Source of the DNA: an uncultured delta proteobacterium
GTDB lineage: Bacteria > Myxococcota_A > Polyangia > Haliangiales > Haliangiaceae
Length of the DNA stretch: 64,000 bases
Direction: 5' to 3'
Assembly (NCBI GenBank): GCA_963743525.1
Contig: CAVUQH010000005.1
Span: forward strand, 121,400 to 185,399
Under the pieces are notes generated by a model. It saw nothing but the letters and a program-made list of their open reading frames with translations, was not told where the DNA came from and did not search any database. This document shows, one piece after another, positions 11,301 to 26,544 of this stretch (its first letter is position 1; each line of letters starts with the position of its first letter). Made by a program: the position numbers and the translations under genes.

Positions 11301-11814
11301 CGTCCGACAGCCCCGGGTCGCAGATGGTGTCGGGCGTGGGCAGCTGGTGGCCGGTGGCGGTGGTGTAGTCCTGGATGTTGAAGTAGCCGTCGCCGTTGAC
11401 GTCGTACGGATCGGTGCCGGCGGCGACCCCGCAGGCCGCGTCGGGCACCGGCAGCTCACCGCGGTTGAGGTAGAACTTGTTGACCAGGTCGCGCTCGTTC
11501 CAGCGGATGCCCGAGTCGAGCACGGCGATGACCACCCGGCGGTCGCCGATGGTCTTCTGCCAGGCGCGGTCGGCGTGCATGCCGGCGCCGATCGACTGCT
11601 CGTAGTCGCTGACCTTGCCGACGTTGGCGTCGGGCATCCAGCTCCACAGATTCCACTGCCCGGCGTAGCCCGGATCGTCGGGCCAGTTGTTCGGGTCTTT
11701 CATGTCGGCGCCGTCGGCGGGTGGCCAGCCAGCATGGGCCGGGCGGGCGCCGAGCGCGGCTCCCACCAACACGGCCGTGAACGCGATTTGGCGAATCCAG
11801 GTCGTTGTACGCAC
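8389..11814 (-). CDS. S8 (subtilase) family peptidase with FG-GAP/VCBS repeats and MYXO-CTERM sorting signal
   Basis: Signal peptide (PAHA/G); [23 protein letters not shown]; many DLDGDG repeats; C-terminus GGCCDTG...[18 protein letters not shown]. Confidence 0.85.
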   Translation of the reverse strand: MRTTTWIRQIAFTAVLVGAALGARPAHAGWPPADGADMKDPNNWPDDPGYAGQWNLWSWMPDANVGKVSDYEQSIGAGMHADRAWQKTIGDRRVVIAVLDSGIRWNERDLVNKFYLNRGELPVPDAACGVAAGTDPYDVNGDGYFNIQDYTTATGHQLPTPDTICDPGLSDANGNGLLDPEDLIMLWSDTIDTDGNGWVNDISGWDAFRDDNDPADDTDFGHGTGEAKDSAAETDNGISDAGVCPECTIMMVRAGDSFVVDANDFGVAAIFAVNSGAAIIQEALGAINNPPLAKEAIDYAWKQNVAVVASAADEDSFHANLPGSVDHTIYVHAITYDKTSRDASTTFLAFNNCTNYGAQLLLSTPGTACSSEATGKTSGIVGLVQSAALQAGLDPAGGQLAPTDAIGSRLLSGEEIKQLLLTTVNDIYDPNDASDPSKYETYVGWEKRFGYGRTNTRNAVDAVLAGRIPPVVDVRQPDWFQVLDPTQTPSVDLVGTISYRPALFDSYDYVVEWAPGIEPFPEDWTTLAEGTGETQPIDGTLATWDISNLEIDNPTMPEPDVDVNRYMVTVRVRVTLHSSDSTRDGTQGEIRHAFHIQHDPDLRPGFPVRLDGGGESSPKITDLDGDGAMELVYADGGGTIHVFDGDGAEKPGWPQHFPTISHFRESNANNHRGTAAMTTGGVDPDPKSFVLQAPAIGDLDGDGPEGPSIVAATFEGEVFAWGADGSLRDGFPVTLDRSFVASTDDNHTLDSGVFAAPVLGDLDGDGTLEIIVAALDAHVYVWHHDGTPMAGWPVLLSDGDQARRIIQTPALGDIDGDGAPEIVVGTNEDYAGRGREYALDPDGSILPGWPRSLTTVSVLPAVGNGLPNSPVMADFDGDGTVDVAVAGIVGLPTMIRGDGTLVGTVSNDPYGPNSNSDDIPSFVAIADGSAGDLDNDGTIDIVWGGAGIGFAEAFASSGGRVNIDHHVGAWNTKTLQYLPGFPQRADDHQFFMNPAVADVDGDGKPEVLSGSGGYYLRAWNADGEQPAGWPKFTGGWIISSPAVGDLDGDGTLEVAVASREGWLYVWNTQGKTDGRVDWASFHHDDHNTGNLAVPIGFGSPASGGGDDGGCCDTGHGSGPRGGTLLLLAFVFAGLRPRRSRR

Positions 11815-11918
11815 GCTTACTCCCCTTGCTGCCGCGGGGAGTCTTGCACGCGGCGCTCGATTCCCACAATCCCGAATGTTGCCCGCGAGATCCGCCGGTG
11901 TTACCCACGGGAGACACC

Positions 11919-13535
11919 ATGGCGGACCAGGCTCCGACACCCGACAAGCCCGCAGCGGCCAGCGAGGCCCGGCAGGCCGGCCGCGGGGTCATCTACATCG
12001 CTCTGGCGAAGCTCTACTTCATGATCGCCGGCGCGATCATCGAGTTCCGCTTGCCGGCGATCCTGGCCAACACGGTCTTCGGCGCCTACGCGGTGGTCGC
12101 CTCGATGGTGTCGCCGCTCAACAACGTGTTGATCACCGGCACCATCCAGTCGGTGAGCCGGTTCACCGCGCGCGATGCGTCGCAGGCGCGCGCCGTGCAG
12201 CGGGCCGGCTTCCGCATGCAGCTGTGGATCGGTCTGCCGGTGGCGGCGCTGTTCATCGCCCTGGCGCCGGTCTTCGCCTGGTTCTTCCACGACCCGTCCA
12301 AGACCGGCCCGCTCATGCTCGCCGGTCTCATCGTCGCCGGCTACGCGCTGTACGCGGTGATGATCGGCGTGGCCAACGGGCGCCGCGACTTCCACAAGCA
12401 GGCGGCCCTGGACGTGACCATGGCGACGCTGCGCGCGGCCGGCATCCTCGGGCTGTCGATCGCCGGCTTCGGCCTGTACGGCGCCATCGGCGGCTGGTTG
12501 GGCGCCACCGGCGGCATCCTCCTGGTGTCGACGCTGGTCATCGGGCTGCCCGGCCGCCGGGCCGAGGGCGAAGAGGTCCAGCCGGTAAAGCCGCTGGCGT
12601 CGTTCTTCGCCGGCGTCGCCGTCTATCTGATCCTCCTCAACCTGCTGATGTTCGTCGACCAGCTGCTGCTCAAGCGGCTGATCACCGAGTGGTTCAGCGC
12701 CCACGCCGCGCAGTGCAAGGACGCCCTCGACAAGATGATCGGCTGGGCCCACGTGCACATCGAGACCAGCCCGGCCGAGCTGGCCGACGGTCAGGTCGGC
12801 TACTACCGCGCGGTGCAGAACCTGGCGCGGTTGTCGTATCAGGCGATCATCGCGGTGACCTTCGTCGTCTTCCCGCTGATCTCGCGGTCCACGTTCGCCG
12901 ACGACCGCGACGCGACCAAGCGCTACATCGCCACCACGATGCGCTACTCGCTGATCTTCGCCGCGGCCATCGCGGTGGTGTTCGCCGCCAACCCGCAGCC
13001 GTTGCTCGACATCCCGTACGCCGCCGACTACGCCCGGGTGGGCGCCCCGGCGCTGGCCGCGCTGGCGCTGGGCAACGTCGCCTTCTCGGTCTTCGCCATC
13101 ATCGGCACCATTCTCAACGGCGCCGGGCTGACCCGCTCGGCGATCATCGTCGCCGGCGTGACCCTGGCCGTCGCGGTGACGGCCAACGCGATCGTCATTC
13201 CCCGCTTCGACCCGGGACAGGACGTGCTCCTGGCCTGCGCCTGCGCCACCGGCGGGTCGATGCTGCTGGGCGCCGTCCTCGGTGGCTGGCTGCTGCGCGC
13301 TCACCTGGGCGCGTTCATGCCGCCGCTCACCCTGGTCCGCGTGGTCCTGGCCGGCGCCGCCGCCATCGCGGTCGGGCGAGTCATTCCGTTCACCCGCCCG
13401 CTGATGACCCTGGTCGAGGCGTGTGCCGTCGGGCTGACGTTCCTGGTGGTTCTCGTCGTCACCCGCGAGCTGACGCTGGGCGACCTGCGCGCGGTTCGCG
13501 AGGTCGTCGGCGGCAAGGGAGGAGGCAAAGCGTGA
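11919..13535 (+). CDS. MOP/MATE-superfamily oligosaccharide flippase-like membrane protein
   Basis: About 14 hydrophobic segments; [12 protein letters not shown] start, [22 protein letters not shown] typical of Wzx/SpoVB-like flippases. Confidence 0.75.
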   Translation: MADQAPTPDKPAAASEARQAGRGVIYIALAKLYFMIAGAIIEFRLPAILANTVFGAYAVVASMVSPLNNVLITGTIQSVSRFTARDASQARAVQRAGFRMQLWIGLPVAALFIALAPVFAWFFHDPSKTGPLMLAGLIVAGYALYAVMIGVANGRRDFHKQAALDVTMATLRAAGILGLSIAGFGLYGAIGGWLGATGGILLVSTLVIGLPGRRAEGEEVQPVKPLASFFAGVAVYLILLNLLMFVDQLLLKRLITEWFSAHAAQCKDALDKMIGWAHVHIETSPAELADGQVGYYRAVQNLARLSYQAIIAVTFVVFPLISRSTFADDRDATKRYIATTMRYSLIFAAAIAVVFAANPQPLLDIPYAADYARVGAPALAALALGNVAFSVFAIIGTILNGAGLTRSAIIVAGVTLAVAVTANAIVIPRFDPGQDVLLACACATGGSMLLGAVLGGWLLRAHLGAFMPPLTLVRVVLAGAAAIAVGRVIPFTRPLMTLVEACAVGLTFLVVLVVTRELTLGDLRAVREVVGGKGGGKA

Positions 13536-13999
13536 ACAAGCTGATGCTCATCGTCGCCCTCGGGCTGGTCGCTCCGGCCTGCATCTCACGGGCCGATCGC
13601 GCCGAGAATTTCATGGTCTCCATGCGCGGCTACAACGACGGCATCCGCTGGCAGCGCTTCGCCGCCGCCGCCTCGGCGGTGCCGGCCGCCGAGCGGGACG
13701 ACTTCCTCGACGAGCGCGCCGATCTGGAAAAGGAGCTGCGCATCGACGACTGGGAGCTGCTCCGGGTCCACTACGAGGGCGCAGAGCTGCAGCGGGCCGA
13801 GGTCCGGGTTCGCTACACCTGGCACATGGACCGGGTCGGAACCGTCAACGAGACCACCACCGTCCAGTCGTGGGAGCGGCGGGGCAAGCACTGGGTGATT
13901 GCCGAGGAAGTGCGCGCCACGGGCCCAGAAATGCCAGGGGTCGCGGAACCGCCGCCAGAGGCCGCCGACGCCCGCGGAAGCGCTCCGCGCGACAGATAG
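13532..13999 (+). CDS. Lipoprotein, hypothetical (NTF2-like fold possible)
   Basis: GTG overlaps flippase stop after GGAGG RBS; lipobox-like [15 protein letters not shown]. Confidence 0.7.
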   Translation: MNKLMLIVALGLVAPACISRADRAENFMVSMRGYNDGIRWQRFAAAASAVPAAERDDFLDERADLEKELRIDDWELLRVHYEGAELQRAEVRVRYTWHMDRVGTVNETTTVQSWERRGKHWVIAEEVRATGPEMPGVAEPPPEAADARGSAPRDR

Positions 14000-14053
14000 C
14001 CGGTCCGGTCGCCCCCCGCTGCGAAATATCGTAGAATCTCCATCAGTTCTGCG

Positions 14054-17000
14054 ATGAGCTTCGTCGAGCGGGGACAGGCGATGGTCACCCGCGGCCAGTA
14101 CCAGGAGGCAGTAAAGACCTGTCGTCTTGGGCTCTTGGCCGCCCCGACCAATGTCGAGGGACGCCTGGTCCTGGGCAGGGCCCTCGTAGCCTTGCGCCGT
14201 TACGACGAGGTGCTCGCCGAAATGCGCGTCGCGCTGGAGGTCGATCCGGCCAACGCCGATGCTCTGGCGCTGCGCGGCGAGGCGCTGTTGCGCAAGGGCG
14301 ACGCGCTGCAGGCGTCCGACGTGCTGCACCAGGCGTCGGTGCTGTCGCCGGGCAGCGCGGCGATCGCCAACCTGCTGCAGGAGGCCGAGATCGCCTCGGC
14401 GGCAGCGGGCGGCGGCTTCGGCTCGTTCGACAACGTCGCCGACAGCATGACCAAGCACTACCCGGCGCACCGCGGCTTCGGCAGCGCCACGCCCGACTCC
14501 AAGTCGGTGACCAAGCCGAACGACGCCACTGCCGTGGGCGGTACGCCGGCGCCGCCGATGGACGAGGCGGCGCTCGCCGTCGGCGACCGCTCGGGCACCA
14601 TCGAGCTCGACCCCGATCTCGAAGGGGTCGAGATGGTCACCGACGACGACATCGGGCCGGCCATCGGGCCGCCGATCCAGGCCGCCGATTCGGTGACGGC
14701 GATGGCGGTCAGCGAGGACTCCGAGGTGATGGAGCTGTCGTCGATGGACATCCTGCCCGACAGCCGCGCGGGGCGGCTGCCGGGGGCGCAGCCGAGCGCC
14801 GCCGACGATCCGACCAACGCCGCCTATCGCCGCGGCCGGCTGGACGACTTTCACGACGACGCGCCGACGGTGGCGCGCGACGGCGCCTCGCCCGGCGGCG
14901 GCTTCACCGGTGTGGGCACCGCGCCCGAGAGCCCGCGCAGCAAGCCGATGCCGGCGCTGGAGCGCGGCGACCCGTCGGCCCTGGTCCGCTCGGCCAAGGC
15001 GATCGACGAGCTGTTCCCCGAAGACGAGTCGGGGGTATCCAAGCTGGAGATCATCGATCCGGGGCGCGGCCGTCTGGCGCCCGCGGTGCTGGTCGACGAG
15101 GACGGTCCGCCGCGCGCCCGCAGCGAGGACATGCGGGTGATTCGCGCCGGACTGGGGATCGACGCGACCACCAGCGGCAACCGCAAGCGCCCGCCGCTGA
15201 GCCGGAAGAAGGCGCCGCTGCCGCGTCCGTCGGCTGCTCAGAGCAAGGCTGCCGACGCGCGCCACGACGAGACCGACTACGTGCGCGGGCTCAAGGGCAC
15301 GCCGCGACCGGCGCGGCGCAAGGTGCCCGAGGTCGACCAGACCATCGGTGTCCGCCGGCGGCGCAAGCGCTCGCCGATGATCTACGTCTACCTGTTCCTG
15401 GCGCTGGCAGTCGGCGCCGGCTCGGTGGTGCTGGGGCTGATGTGGCGCAACCAGCGCCGCCAGCAGCAGATCGGCGAGGCCGAGCGCGCGGCCGATCGGG
15501 TGGCGCGCAAGGACACCTACGACGCCTACCTCGAGGCATCGCGCATCGAGCACGAGATCCAGAAGATCGACGACACCCCGGAGACGCGGGCCGCCTCCGC
15601 CCGCGCCGACGCCGCGCTGGCCGCCGAGTTCGGCGACGGCCGCGACAAAGTCGGCACGCTGGTCAGCGGCCTGGCGCACTCCAACCTGGCCGACGCCCTG
15701 GCCGCGCGCGCGTATGCCGCCATCGCCGAGGCCGACGTCGACGGCGCCACCAGAGCCGCCGAGGAGCTGGCGGCCAAGCACGGCAAGGATCCGATGGCCG
15801 CCTACCTGCGCGGGCGCGCCGCGCTGCTGGCCGACAAACCGGAGGCCGCCGCCGACGCCTTCCGCGCTGCGCTCGAGGTCAACCCGCGGCCGATGGTGTT
15901 CGTCGGCCTGGGCCTGGCCGAGGAGGCGCGGGGCAAGCCACACGAGGCGATCGCCGCCTTCGACCGCGCCCTGGGGCTGGTGCCCGGCCACCCGGAGGCG
16001 ACCATCCATCGGGCCCGGGTCGCGGCTCGTTCCGGCCAGGTCGACGACCCGGCGGCGCTCGCCGCCACGCTCGAGCAGCTGGCCGCCGGTCAGGTCAAGG
16101 GCGTGTCGGTCTCGCCCGAGGAGCGGGCGTGGGCGGCGCTATCGCTGTCCGAGATCGAGCTGGCCGCGGGCAAGATCGCCGACGCCGGCAAGGCGCTCGA
16201 GCAGGCGACGGCCAACCGCCCGCCGGCCAGCTGGCCGTTCACCGAGGCGCTGATCCGCGGGCTGGTCCGCCTGGGTCGAACCGACGATGCCCTCGCCGAG
16301 GTCGAGCGGGCGCGCAAGGAGTTCCCCAATCGCGCCGAGCCGGTGGTCTTCCTCGCCCGCCTGGCGCTGGAGAAGCGCGACGCCACCGGCGCGATGAAGA
16401 CGCTCGAGGCCGCCGGCGACATCAGCAAGAACGCCGAGGCGCTGGCGGTGCGCGGGCGCGCGCACCTGGCGCTCGACCAGGTTGACAAAGCCACCGTGGA
16501 CCTGGACGCCGCGCTCGAGCTCGATCCCGATCTGCGCGAGGCCAAGGTCGCGCGCGCGCGGGTCTACCTGCGCACCGGCGAGGCCAAGGTCGCCGCCGAC
16601 ATGCTCGAGCCGCTGTACCAGCCGGACAGCCCGGTCGACCTGGCGCTGGCCTACGCTGCGGCGCTGCGGCAGATCGATCGCAAGCTCGATGCCCGCGACG
16701 TCTTGCGCCGGCTGGAGAAGCGGCCCGACGCCGGCAGTCGCGTCTTCCTCGAGCTGGCCCGCCTGGAGCGGGCCGAGGGCGACGTGCGCTCGGCCCGCGA
16801 GTACTACACCAAGGCGATCCAGGCCGCGCCCAAGGATGTCCAGCCCCGGCTCGAGGCCGCGATCCTGGCGCTGGACACCGGTGACCGCGCCGGCGCGCGC
16901 GAGGCGATGGACCAGCTGGTCAAGGACGCCCCCGACGACGGCGAGGTGTTGCTCGAGGCGGCCCGGGTGATGGCGATGAGCGGCGCGCCGGACAAGGCCG

Positions 17001-17722
17001 CCGAGCTGGTCGCCCGCGCCGACAAGAACCCGACCGCGCCGCGGTGGAAGGTCGCGCGCGAGCGGGGCCGGGTGCTGATCAAGCAGGCGCAGTACGAGGC
17101 CGCCGTCACCGCGCTGGAGAACGCGGTCAGCCTCGAGCCGACCGATGGCGAGTCGCGGCTGCTGCTCATCGACGCGCACCTCTACCGCGAGGACGAGCCG
17201 GCGGCGCGCACCGTGTTGCGCGGCATCCTCAAGGCGTTCCCCAACGGCGCCGAAGCTCACCTGGCCAAGGGGCGCCTCGATCTGTACAAAGACCGCGTTG
17301 CCGAGGCGCTGGCGTCGTTCAAGAAGGCGCGCAAGGTGCTCGAGGCCGAGCGCGCCAGCCCGCGCCAGCTGGCCGACGCCGCCCAGTGGCTGGGGCGCGT
17401 CTACTATTGGGACGAGAAGTTCGACGCCGCCCGGCGCTCGCTCAAGGAGGCGGTCACCCTCGACCCCAGCCACCCGGACGCCTACTACTTCCTCGGCCTG
17501 GTCGAGCTCGACTCGCACCACAACAACTCGGCGATGAACGCCTTCCAGAAGTCGGTGGACATCGACCCGATGTCCAATCCCGAGGCATGGTTCTACCTGG
17601 GCGAGTCGTCGTTCTTGTCCAAGAAGCGCACGACCAGCCGCAAGGCGTTCGACCACTACCTCGAGATGCGGCCCAAGGGTGACCTGGCCGACGACGCGCG
17701 CAAGCGACTGCGGCAGATGTAG
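14054..17722 (+). CDS. Large membrane-anchored TPR protein (N-terminal TPRs, disordered linker, one TM helix, many C-terminal TPRs)
   Basis: 1222 aa ORF; repeated ALEVDP/ALELDP/AVTLDP TPR ends; RRRRKR followed by hydrophobic helix near aa 440. Confidence 0.85.
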   Translation: MSFVERGQAMVTRGQYQEAVKTCRLGLLAAPTNVEGRLVLGRALVALRRYDEVLAEMRVALEVDPANADALALRGEALLRKGDALQASDVLHQASVLSPGSAAIANLLQEAEIASAAAGGGFGSFDNVADSMTKHYPAHRGFGSATPDSKSVTKPNDATAVGGTPAPPMDEAALAVGDRSGTIELDPDLEGVEMVTDDDIGPAIGPPIQAADSVTAMAVSEDSEVMELSSMDILPDSRAGRLPGAQPSAADDPTNAAYRRGRLDDFHDDAPTVARDGASPGGGFTGVGTAPESPRSKPMPALERGDPSALVRSAKAIDELFPEDESGVSKLEIIDPGRGRLAPAVLVDEDGPPRARSEDMRVIRAGLGIDATTSGNRKRPPLSRKKAPLPRPSAAQSKAADARHDETDYVRGLKGTPRPARRKVPEVDQTIGVRRRRKRSPMIYVYLFLALAVGAGSVVLGLMWRNQRRQQQIGEAERAADRVARKDTYDAYLEASRIEHEIQKIDDTPETRAASARADAALAAEFGDGRDKVGTLVSGLAHSNLADALAARAYAAIAEADVDGATRAAEELAAKHGKDPMAAYLRGRAALLADKPEAAADAFRAALEVNPRPMVFVGLGLAEEARGKPHEAIAAFDRALGLVPGHPEATIHRARVAARSGQVDDPAALAATLEQLAAGQVKGVSVSPEERAWAALSLSEIELAAGKIADAGKALEQATANRPPASWPFTEALIRGLVRLGRTDDALAEVERARKEFPNRAEPVVFLARLALEKRDATGAMKTLEAAGDISKNAEALAVRGRAHLALDQVDKATVDLDAALELDPDLREAKVARARVYLRTGEAKVAADMLEPLYQPDSPVDLALAYAAALRQIDRKLDARDVLRRLEKRPDAGSRVFLELARLERAEGDVRSAREYYTKAIQAAPKDVQPRLEAAILALDTGDRAGAREAMDQLVKDAPDDGEVLLEAARVMAMSGAPDKAAELVARADKNPTAPRWKVARERGRVLIKQAQYEAAVTALENAVSLEPTDGESRLLLIDAHLYREDEPAARTVLRGILKAFPNGAEAHLAKGRLDLYKDRVAEALASFKKARKVLEAERASPRQLADAAQWLGRVYYWDEKFDAARRSLKEAVTLDPSHPDAYYFLGLVELDSHHNNSAMNAFQKSVDIDPMSNPEAWFYLGESSFLSKKRTTSRKAFDHYLEMRPKGDLADDARKRLRQM

Positions 17723-17731
17723 CGCCAGGCG

Positions 17732-19072
<1,341 letters not shown>

Positions 19073-19174
19073 CCTGTGCTGTACTCAGCGGCCGACCGGC
19101 GACCTCGTGCCGGCGGCTACTATAGCAGACGCCCTTAATGCGTAGCAAAGTCGAGCAGATGCGTACAGAGGGGC

Positions 19175-19534
19175 TCAGAGACCCTTCTGCTCGCGCTCTT
19201 CCTTGCAGTCGATGCAGAGGGTGGTGACGGGCCGGGCGAGCAGCCGGTCGTAGCCGATCGGCTCGGAGCAGTCCTCGCATTCGTCGATTTCACCCCGCTC
19301 GAGGCGGCCCAGAGCGTCGTCGATCTTGCCCAGGAGGAACTTCTCCCGGTCGTGCAGCCGCAGAGCGGTGGCGTACATCCACTCCTCGGTGCTCTCGTCC
19401 ATGGAGTCCCGGCCGACGGCGTCCCGGTCGCGGTTCATGCTGAGGCCCAGAGCTTGCGCCGCGTTCTCGAGGAGTCGCTTGCGCTCGCTCTCGAGCCGGG
19501 TCTTGAGGGCCTCGGTTTGCTCGCTGGTGAGCAT
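19175..19534 (-). CDS. DksA/TraR C4 zinc-finger protein
   Basis: DSMDES coiled-coil tip; CEDC...RLLARP...CIDC. Confidence 0.9.
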   Translation of the reverse strand: MLTSEQTEALKTRLESERKRLLENAAQALGLSMNRDRDAVGRDSMDESTEEWMYATALRLHDREKFLLGKIDDALGRLERGEIDECEDCSEPIGYDRLLARPVTTLCIDCKEEREQKGL

Positions 19535-19724
19535 GATCGCCCAAAGTGTACGGATCCCAGGAGACAGCCGTCAATACAAAGGGTTGCGGCATTTTTCCCA
19601 TCTGTGCGCCGGCCCGGGGGCCGCCCGCCCGGCGAAATAGACCCCGGCGGCCCCTCGTTCGTTTGCAGGGACGCACCGGCCGTCCGTCCCAACTGCCTGC
19701 GCAGCCCATACCTGGGGGAGCTCC

Positions 19725-22073
19725 GTGACCCAATTGTCCAAGTGGAAGCTTGCGACGCTGATTTTCGGCGTCGCGACCCTGTTTTCGGTCCGTTCCGCGC
19801 TGCGCGGTGGTGGCAGCGCCTCCGCCGCCGCCGACCTGAAGCCGCCCCCCGCCACCCAGGCGGCCCTGATGAGGCAGCTGCGGATCCCGGCCTCGGCCCT
19901 GGGCATCCACGAGGAGCAGGCGATCGCTCAGCTGAAACGGGCCCGGAGCCCGCAACAGATCGCCATGGCGGCGCAGAAGCTGGGCTTCATCGGGACCGAT
20001 CTCTCGGTCGAGGCGCTGGCCGAGAAGATCCCCGATCCCCGCCCCGGAGTGCCCGAGGCGGTGCTGTCGGCGATTGGCCACATTGGCAGCGACGAGGCGG
20101 TGAGCGTCCTCCTCGACACCGAGGCCAACGGCAGCGTCCGCCAGCGCAACGCGGCGATCGCCGCGCTGGGGCAGACCACCGCGCCGGCCGCGCGCAAACG
20201 GCTGGGCGAGCTGGCGCTGTCCCGCGGCGAGCCGGCCCGGTTCCAGGCCATCTACGCCCTCGGCCAGATGGGCGGCGACGGCGCCTTTCAAGTGATGGAG
20301 CAGCTGGTCCACGAGCGGTCGCCGCAGATCACCCAGGCGGTGGTGTCGGCGCTGGCGCAGATGGGCACCGACGGCGCCGATCAGCTGCTGCTGCAGCTGT
20401 CGCGGTCGCCGGATCCGCAGGTGCGCGCGCAGGCGCTGGCCAGCATGCCGGCGAACACGCCGGAGGCGCAGGCGTCGCTGATGGAGCTGGTCGCTTCGGG
20501 CGATCCGCAGAGCGCGTCGGCGGCGGCTCAGGCACTGGGCCAGGCGGGCGCGACCGAGGCCGTGCCGCTGCTCCTGGACGTGGCCAAGACCGGCAACATG
20601 CAGGTGCGCAACGCGGCCATCTACGCCCTGGGCAGCATCGGCGGCGCCGACGCGTGCAAGGCGCTGGGCGAGATCCTGGCGTCGGGCAACCGGCAGTCGG
20701 CGCAGGCGGCGGCGCAGTCGCTGGCGCAGATGGGCACCGACGATGCGCGCGACCTGCTGCTGTCGGCGGTGCGCGACGGTCGGGTCGATACCCAGAGCGC
20801 GATCTACGCGCTGCAGCAGCTGCGCGGGCCGGAGGTCGATGCGTTGATGCTGGAAGTGGCCAAGAGCGGCCGGCCGTACGAGCGCCAGGCGGCGCTGCAG
20901 CATTTGGTGCAGACGGGCAGCCCGGAGGCGATCAAGCTGGCCATCGACGCGGCCAAGGGCGGGCCGCGCAACCAGCGGGTCCAGGCGATGCAGCTGTTGT
21001 CGGACGCGGATACCGAGGCGTCGCGGGCGGCGCTGATCGAGATCGCCGATGGCGCCAGTGGCTATACCAAGGTGCAGGCGCTGCAGATGCTGGCGCGTCA
21101 TCGGCCGGACGATCCGGCGGTGTCGCAGATGCTGGTCGAGTCGCTGTTCTCGGGCCGGCGCGATGAGGCACAGGCTGCTGCCGGTGCGCTGGCGCAGGCG
21201 GGGACTGATGAGGCGCGCGATGCGTTGATCGCGGCGCTGCAGAGTGACGACCCCAACATCTCGGCGGCCGCGGCCACGTACATGACGCAGATCGGCAGCG
21301 GGCCGGAGATTCGCGAGGCCTTGGCCGACGCTGCCAGGAACGGGGCGCCGCAGGTTCGCCAGCAGGCGCTGGCGCAGCTGATCCAGTCGGGCGACGACGC
21401 CGGCTTCGATCTGGCGCGGGAGGCGATCGCCAGTGGAGAGCCGGGGGTGGCCCAGCAAGTTACCTGGGCGCTGGCGCAGTCGGGCACGGAGCGCGCGCGG
21501 CAGCTCCTGGGCGAGGCGGCGAGTAGTGGTGATGCCAGCGTTCGCGCTGCGGCCGTTCAGGGGTTGGCGCAGTCGGGGGATACCCAGGCTGTGCAGACCA
21601 TCATGGGGCGCTTGCACGATGACGATCAGAACGTGCGGAACGCGGCGTACAGCGCGTTGGCCCAGGTGGGGACGAGTGATGCGATCGATACGTTGCTGTT
21701 GACGGCGCAGAGCGGCGAGTTGACGGATCGGCGGATGGCGGTGAGCGTGCTGTCCGGGGTCGATAGCGGGAAGGCGCAGGAGGCGATCGCCAGTCTGATT
21801 CGCGATCCGGATCCGCAGGTTGCGACGGCTGCGATCTATGCGTCGTACAACGGCGGCTCGGATGCGGATGCGGCGCTGCTGGCGGTGCTGCAGGATGGGT
21901 CGGCGGCGGATCAGGTGAAGGTGGCTGCGGCCAGTCAGTTGCGAAGCCGGGGGGCGGAGCTGGACGACGGTCAGCAGGCGGTGGTCACGCAGCTGTTGGG
22001 ATCGCCGCCGCCGGCGTATGGCGGCGCGGGGTACGGCGGGTACTACCCGATGGACGACGACATCATGTTCTAG
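19725..22073 (+). CDS. HEAT/PBS-repeat protein with N-terminal signal/anchor
   Basis: About 20 repeats of VRxxAxxALGxxG type; hydrophobic N-terminus. Confidence 0.85.
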   Translation: MTQLSKWKLATLIFGVATLFSVRSALRGGGSASAAADLKPPPATQAALMRQLRIPASALGIHEEQAIAQLKRARSPQQIAMAAQKLGFIGTDLSVEALAEKIPDPRPGVPEAVLSAIGHIGSDEAVSVLLDTEANGSVRQRNAAIAALGQTTAPAARKRLGELALSRGEPARFQAIYALGQMGGDGAFQVMEQLVHERSPQITQAVVSALAQMGTDGADQLLLQLSRSPDPQVRAQALASMPANTPEAQASLMELVASGDPQSASAAAQALGQAGATEAVPLLLDVAKTGNMQVRNAAIYALGSIGGADACKALGEILASGNRQSAQAAAQSLAQMGTDDARDLLLSAVRDGRVDTQSAIYALQQLRGPEVDALMLEVAKSGRPYERQAALQHLVQTGSPEAIKLAIDAAKGGPRNQRVQAMQLLSDADTEASRAALIEIADGASGYTKVQALQMLARHRPDDPAVSQMLVESLFSGRRDEAQAAAGALAQAGTDEARDALIAALQSDDPNISAAAATYMTQIGSGPEIREALADAARNGAPQVRQQALAQLIQSGDDAGFDLAREAIASGEPGVAQQVTWALAQSGTERARQLLGEAASSGDASVRAAAVQGLAQSGDTQAVQTIMGRLHDDDQNVRNAAYSALAQVGTSDAIDTLLLTAQSGELTDRRMAVSVLSGVDSGKAQEAIASLIRDPDPQVATAAIYASYNGGSDADAALLAVLQDGSAADQVKVAAASQLRSRGAELDDGQQAVVTQLLGSPPPAYGGAGYGGYYPMDDDIMF

Positions 22074-22196
22074 GCGGACGGGCCCCGCGCGCGTGGTGCT
22101 CGCGTGCCATCAACCGAGGGTGCCGCGGATGTGGCGGGGCTCGTTCGTCGATTTACCGGCTCCCTTCAGCTTTCCCGGTGAGGGCGCGCGAGAACG

Positions 22197-22236
22197 AAAA
22201 CGGGGCGGGGTTCGTCGCCCCGCCCCGTGTCTTTCT
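22197..22236. terminator. Intrinsic terminator between convergent HEAT gene and clpX
   Basis: AAAA-CGGGGCGGGG-loop-CCCCGCCCCG-TGTCTTTCT. Confidence 0.7.
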
Positions 22237-22253
22237 GCGTTCTTGCGTCGCGC

Positions 22254-23465
<1,212 letters not shown>

Positions 23466-23600
23466 CTGCTTTGATTCTTACATATGGGGCGGGCCTGGCA
23501 ACACCCCGTGACTTCACTCCCGGGCGAATTCGCCTCGGTGACGGCCAGCGGGATCACACCAGAAACCACTTGACGCACTGGGTCATTTTGTTGCGAGACT

Positions 23601-24320
<720 letters not shown>

Positions 24321-24381
24321 CGCCGGACGGCGCCCCACCGGGCCAACTGTGGCGCCGAACCGGGGTATGATCGGCGCATCC

Positions 24382-25573
<1,192 letters not shown>

Positions 25574-25579
25574 TCGCGA

Positions 25580-26446
25580 TCAGCGACTGACGACGCGGCG
25601 CTCGGGGCGGTCGTAGTGGATCATCTCCACGCGGACGTTGCCGTACTCGGTGTGGGCTTCGACCAGGACCGGCAGGCGGTTGGCGTCGTCGGTGATCCAC
25701 ACGGTATAGGTGCGTGGCGGCCTGCTGGTGACCACGCGCAGGCGGCCGTCGAGACGCTGGCCGCTGCCTTCGAAGCGCAGCGTCGGCACCACGCCGAACG
25801 AGGTCTTGAGCGTCTCGCGCTTGCTGAAGACGATGTCGTTGCGCCACAGGCGGCGGCCGCTGAGGACGTAGAAGTAGGCGCGCGCGCCGTCAGCCGGTTC
25901 CCACGCACGGAGAGCGCCGATGATCGACAGGCCGTCGTGGGCGATGCCGCCGGGAATCGCCTGGATGTAGTGCATCACCCCGGGGCGGCCGTGGCGCTGG
26001 TAGCGCAGGTGATAGCCGCGCGGGGTGAACTCGGTTTGGACCTCGGACTCTTTGTCGCCGAACTTGAGCGACGCCTCGTGCTTGATCGGCGCGCCGGTCT
26101 CGAGATCGATCCACGACGTGACGTCGTCGCGCACTTCCTTGATCATCGACAGCACGCCCGAGGTGCGCGTTCGCGAGCGCACGACCACGGCGTTGTGTCC
26201 GTCGACGACACCGGGCTGTCCCAGCGCGAGCGACGCCTGCGCGCCGACGACGCCGTGCAGCGAGATGTCCCAGGTCATCTGCTCGCCGGGGATGAAGAAG
26301 GTCGGTCCGGACGGCAGCGGTACCGGCGGGCCGTCGGGCGCCTCGTAGGTGGCCAGCTCGTGTCCGCCGACATTGGCTCCGCCGCATCCCCAGCCGCCCG
26401 CGAGCGCGAGACCTAGAGCGGCGGTTACAGCAGAAGCACGCGTCAT
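25580..26446 (-). CDS. DUF3108-like lipoprotein
   Basis: Lipobox GWGC; PGEQMTW; VWITDDANRLPV. Confidence 0.7.
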   Translation of the reverse strand: MTRASAVTAALGLALAGGWGCGGANVGGHELATYEAPDGPPVPLPSGPTFFIPGEQMTWDISLHGVVGAQASLALGQPGVVDGHNAVVVRSRTRTSGVLSMIKEVRDDVTSWIDLETGAPIKHEASLKFGDKESEVQTEFTPRGYHLRYQRHGRPGVMHYIQAIPGGIAHDGLSIIGALRAWEPADGARAYFYVLSGRRLWRNDIVFSKRETLKTSFGVVPTLRFEGSGQRLDGRLRVVTSRPPRTYTVWITDDANRLPVLVEAHTEYGNVRVEMIHYDRPERRVVSR

Positions 26447-26544
26447 TCCCTATATGAAAAATGGCGGATGGGCGCGCACCTGGCAAGGAAAGCTTCCGGT
26501 AGGCGAAGGTGCGACTCGTCACGAGAGCGAGTAGTCTGGTGGCG

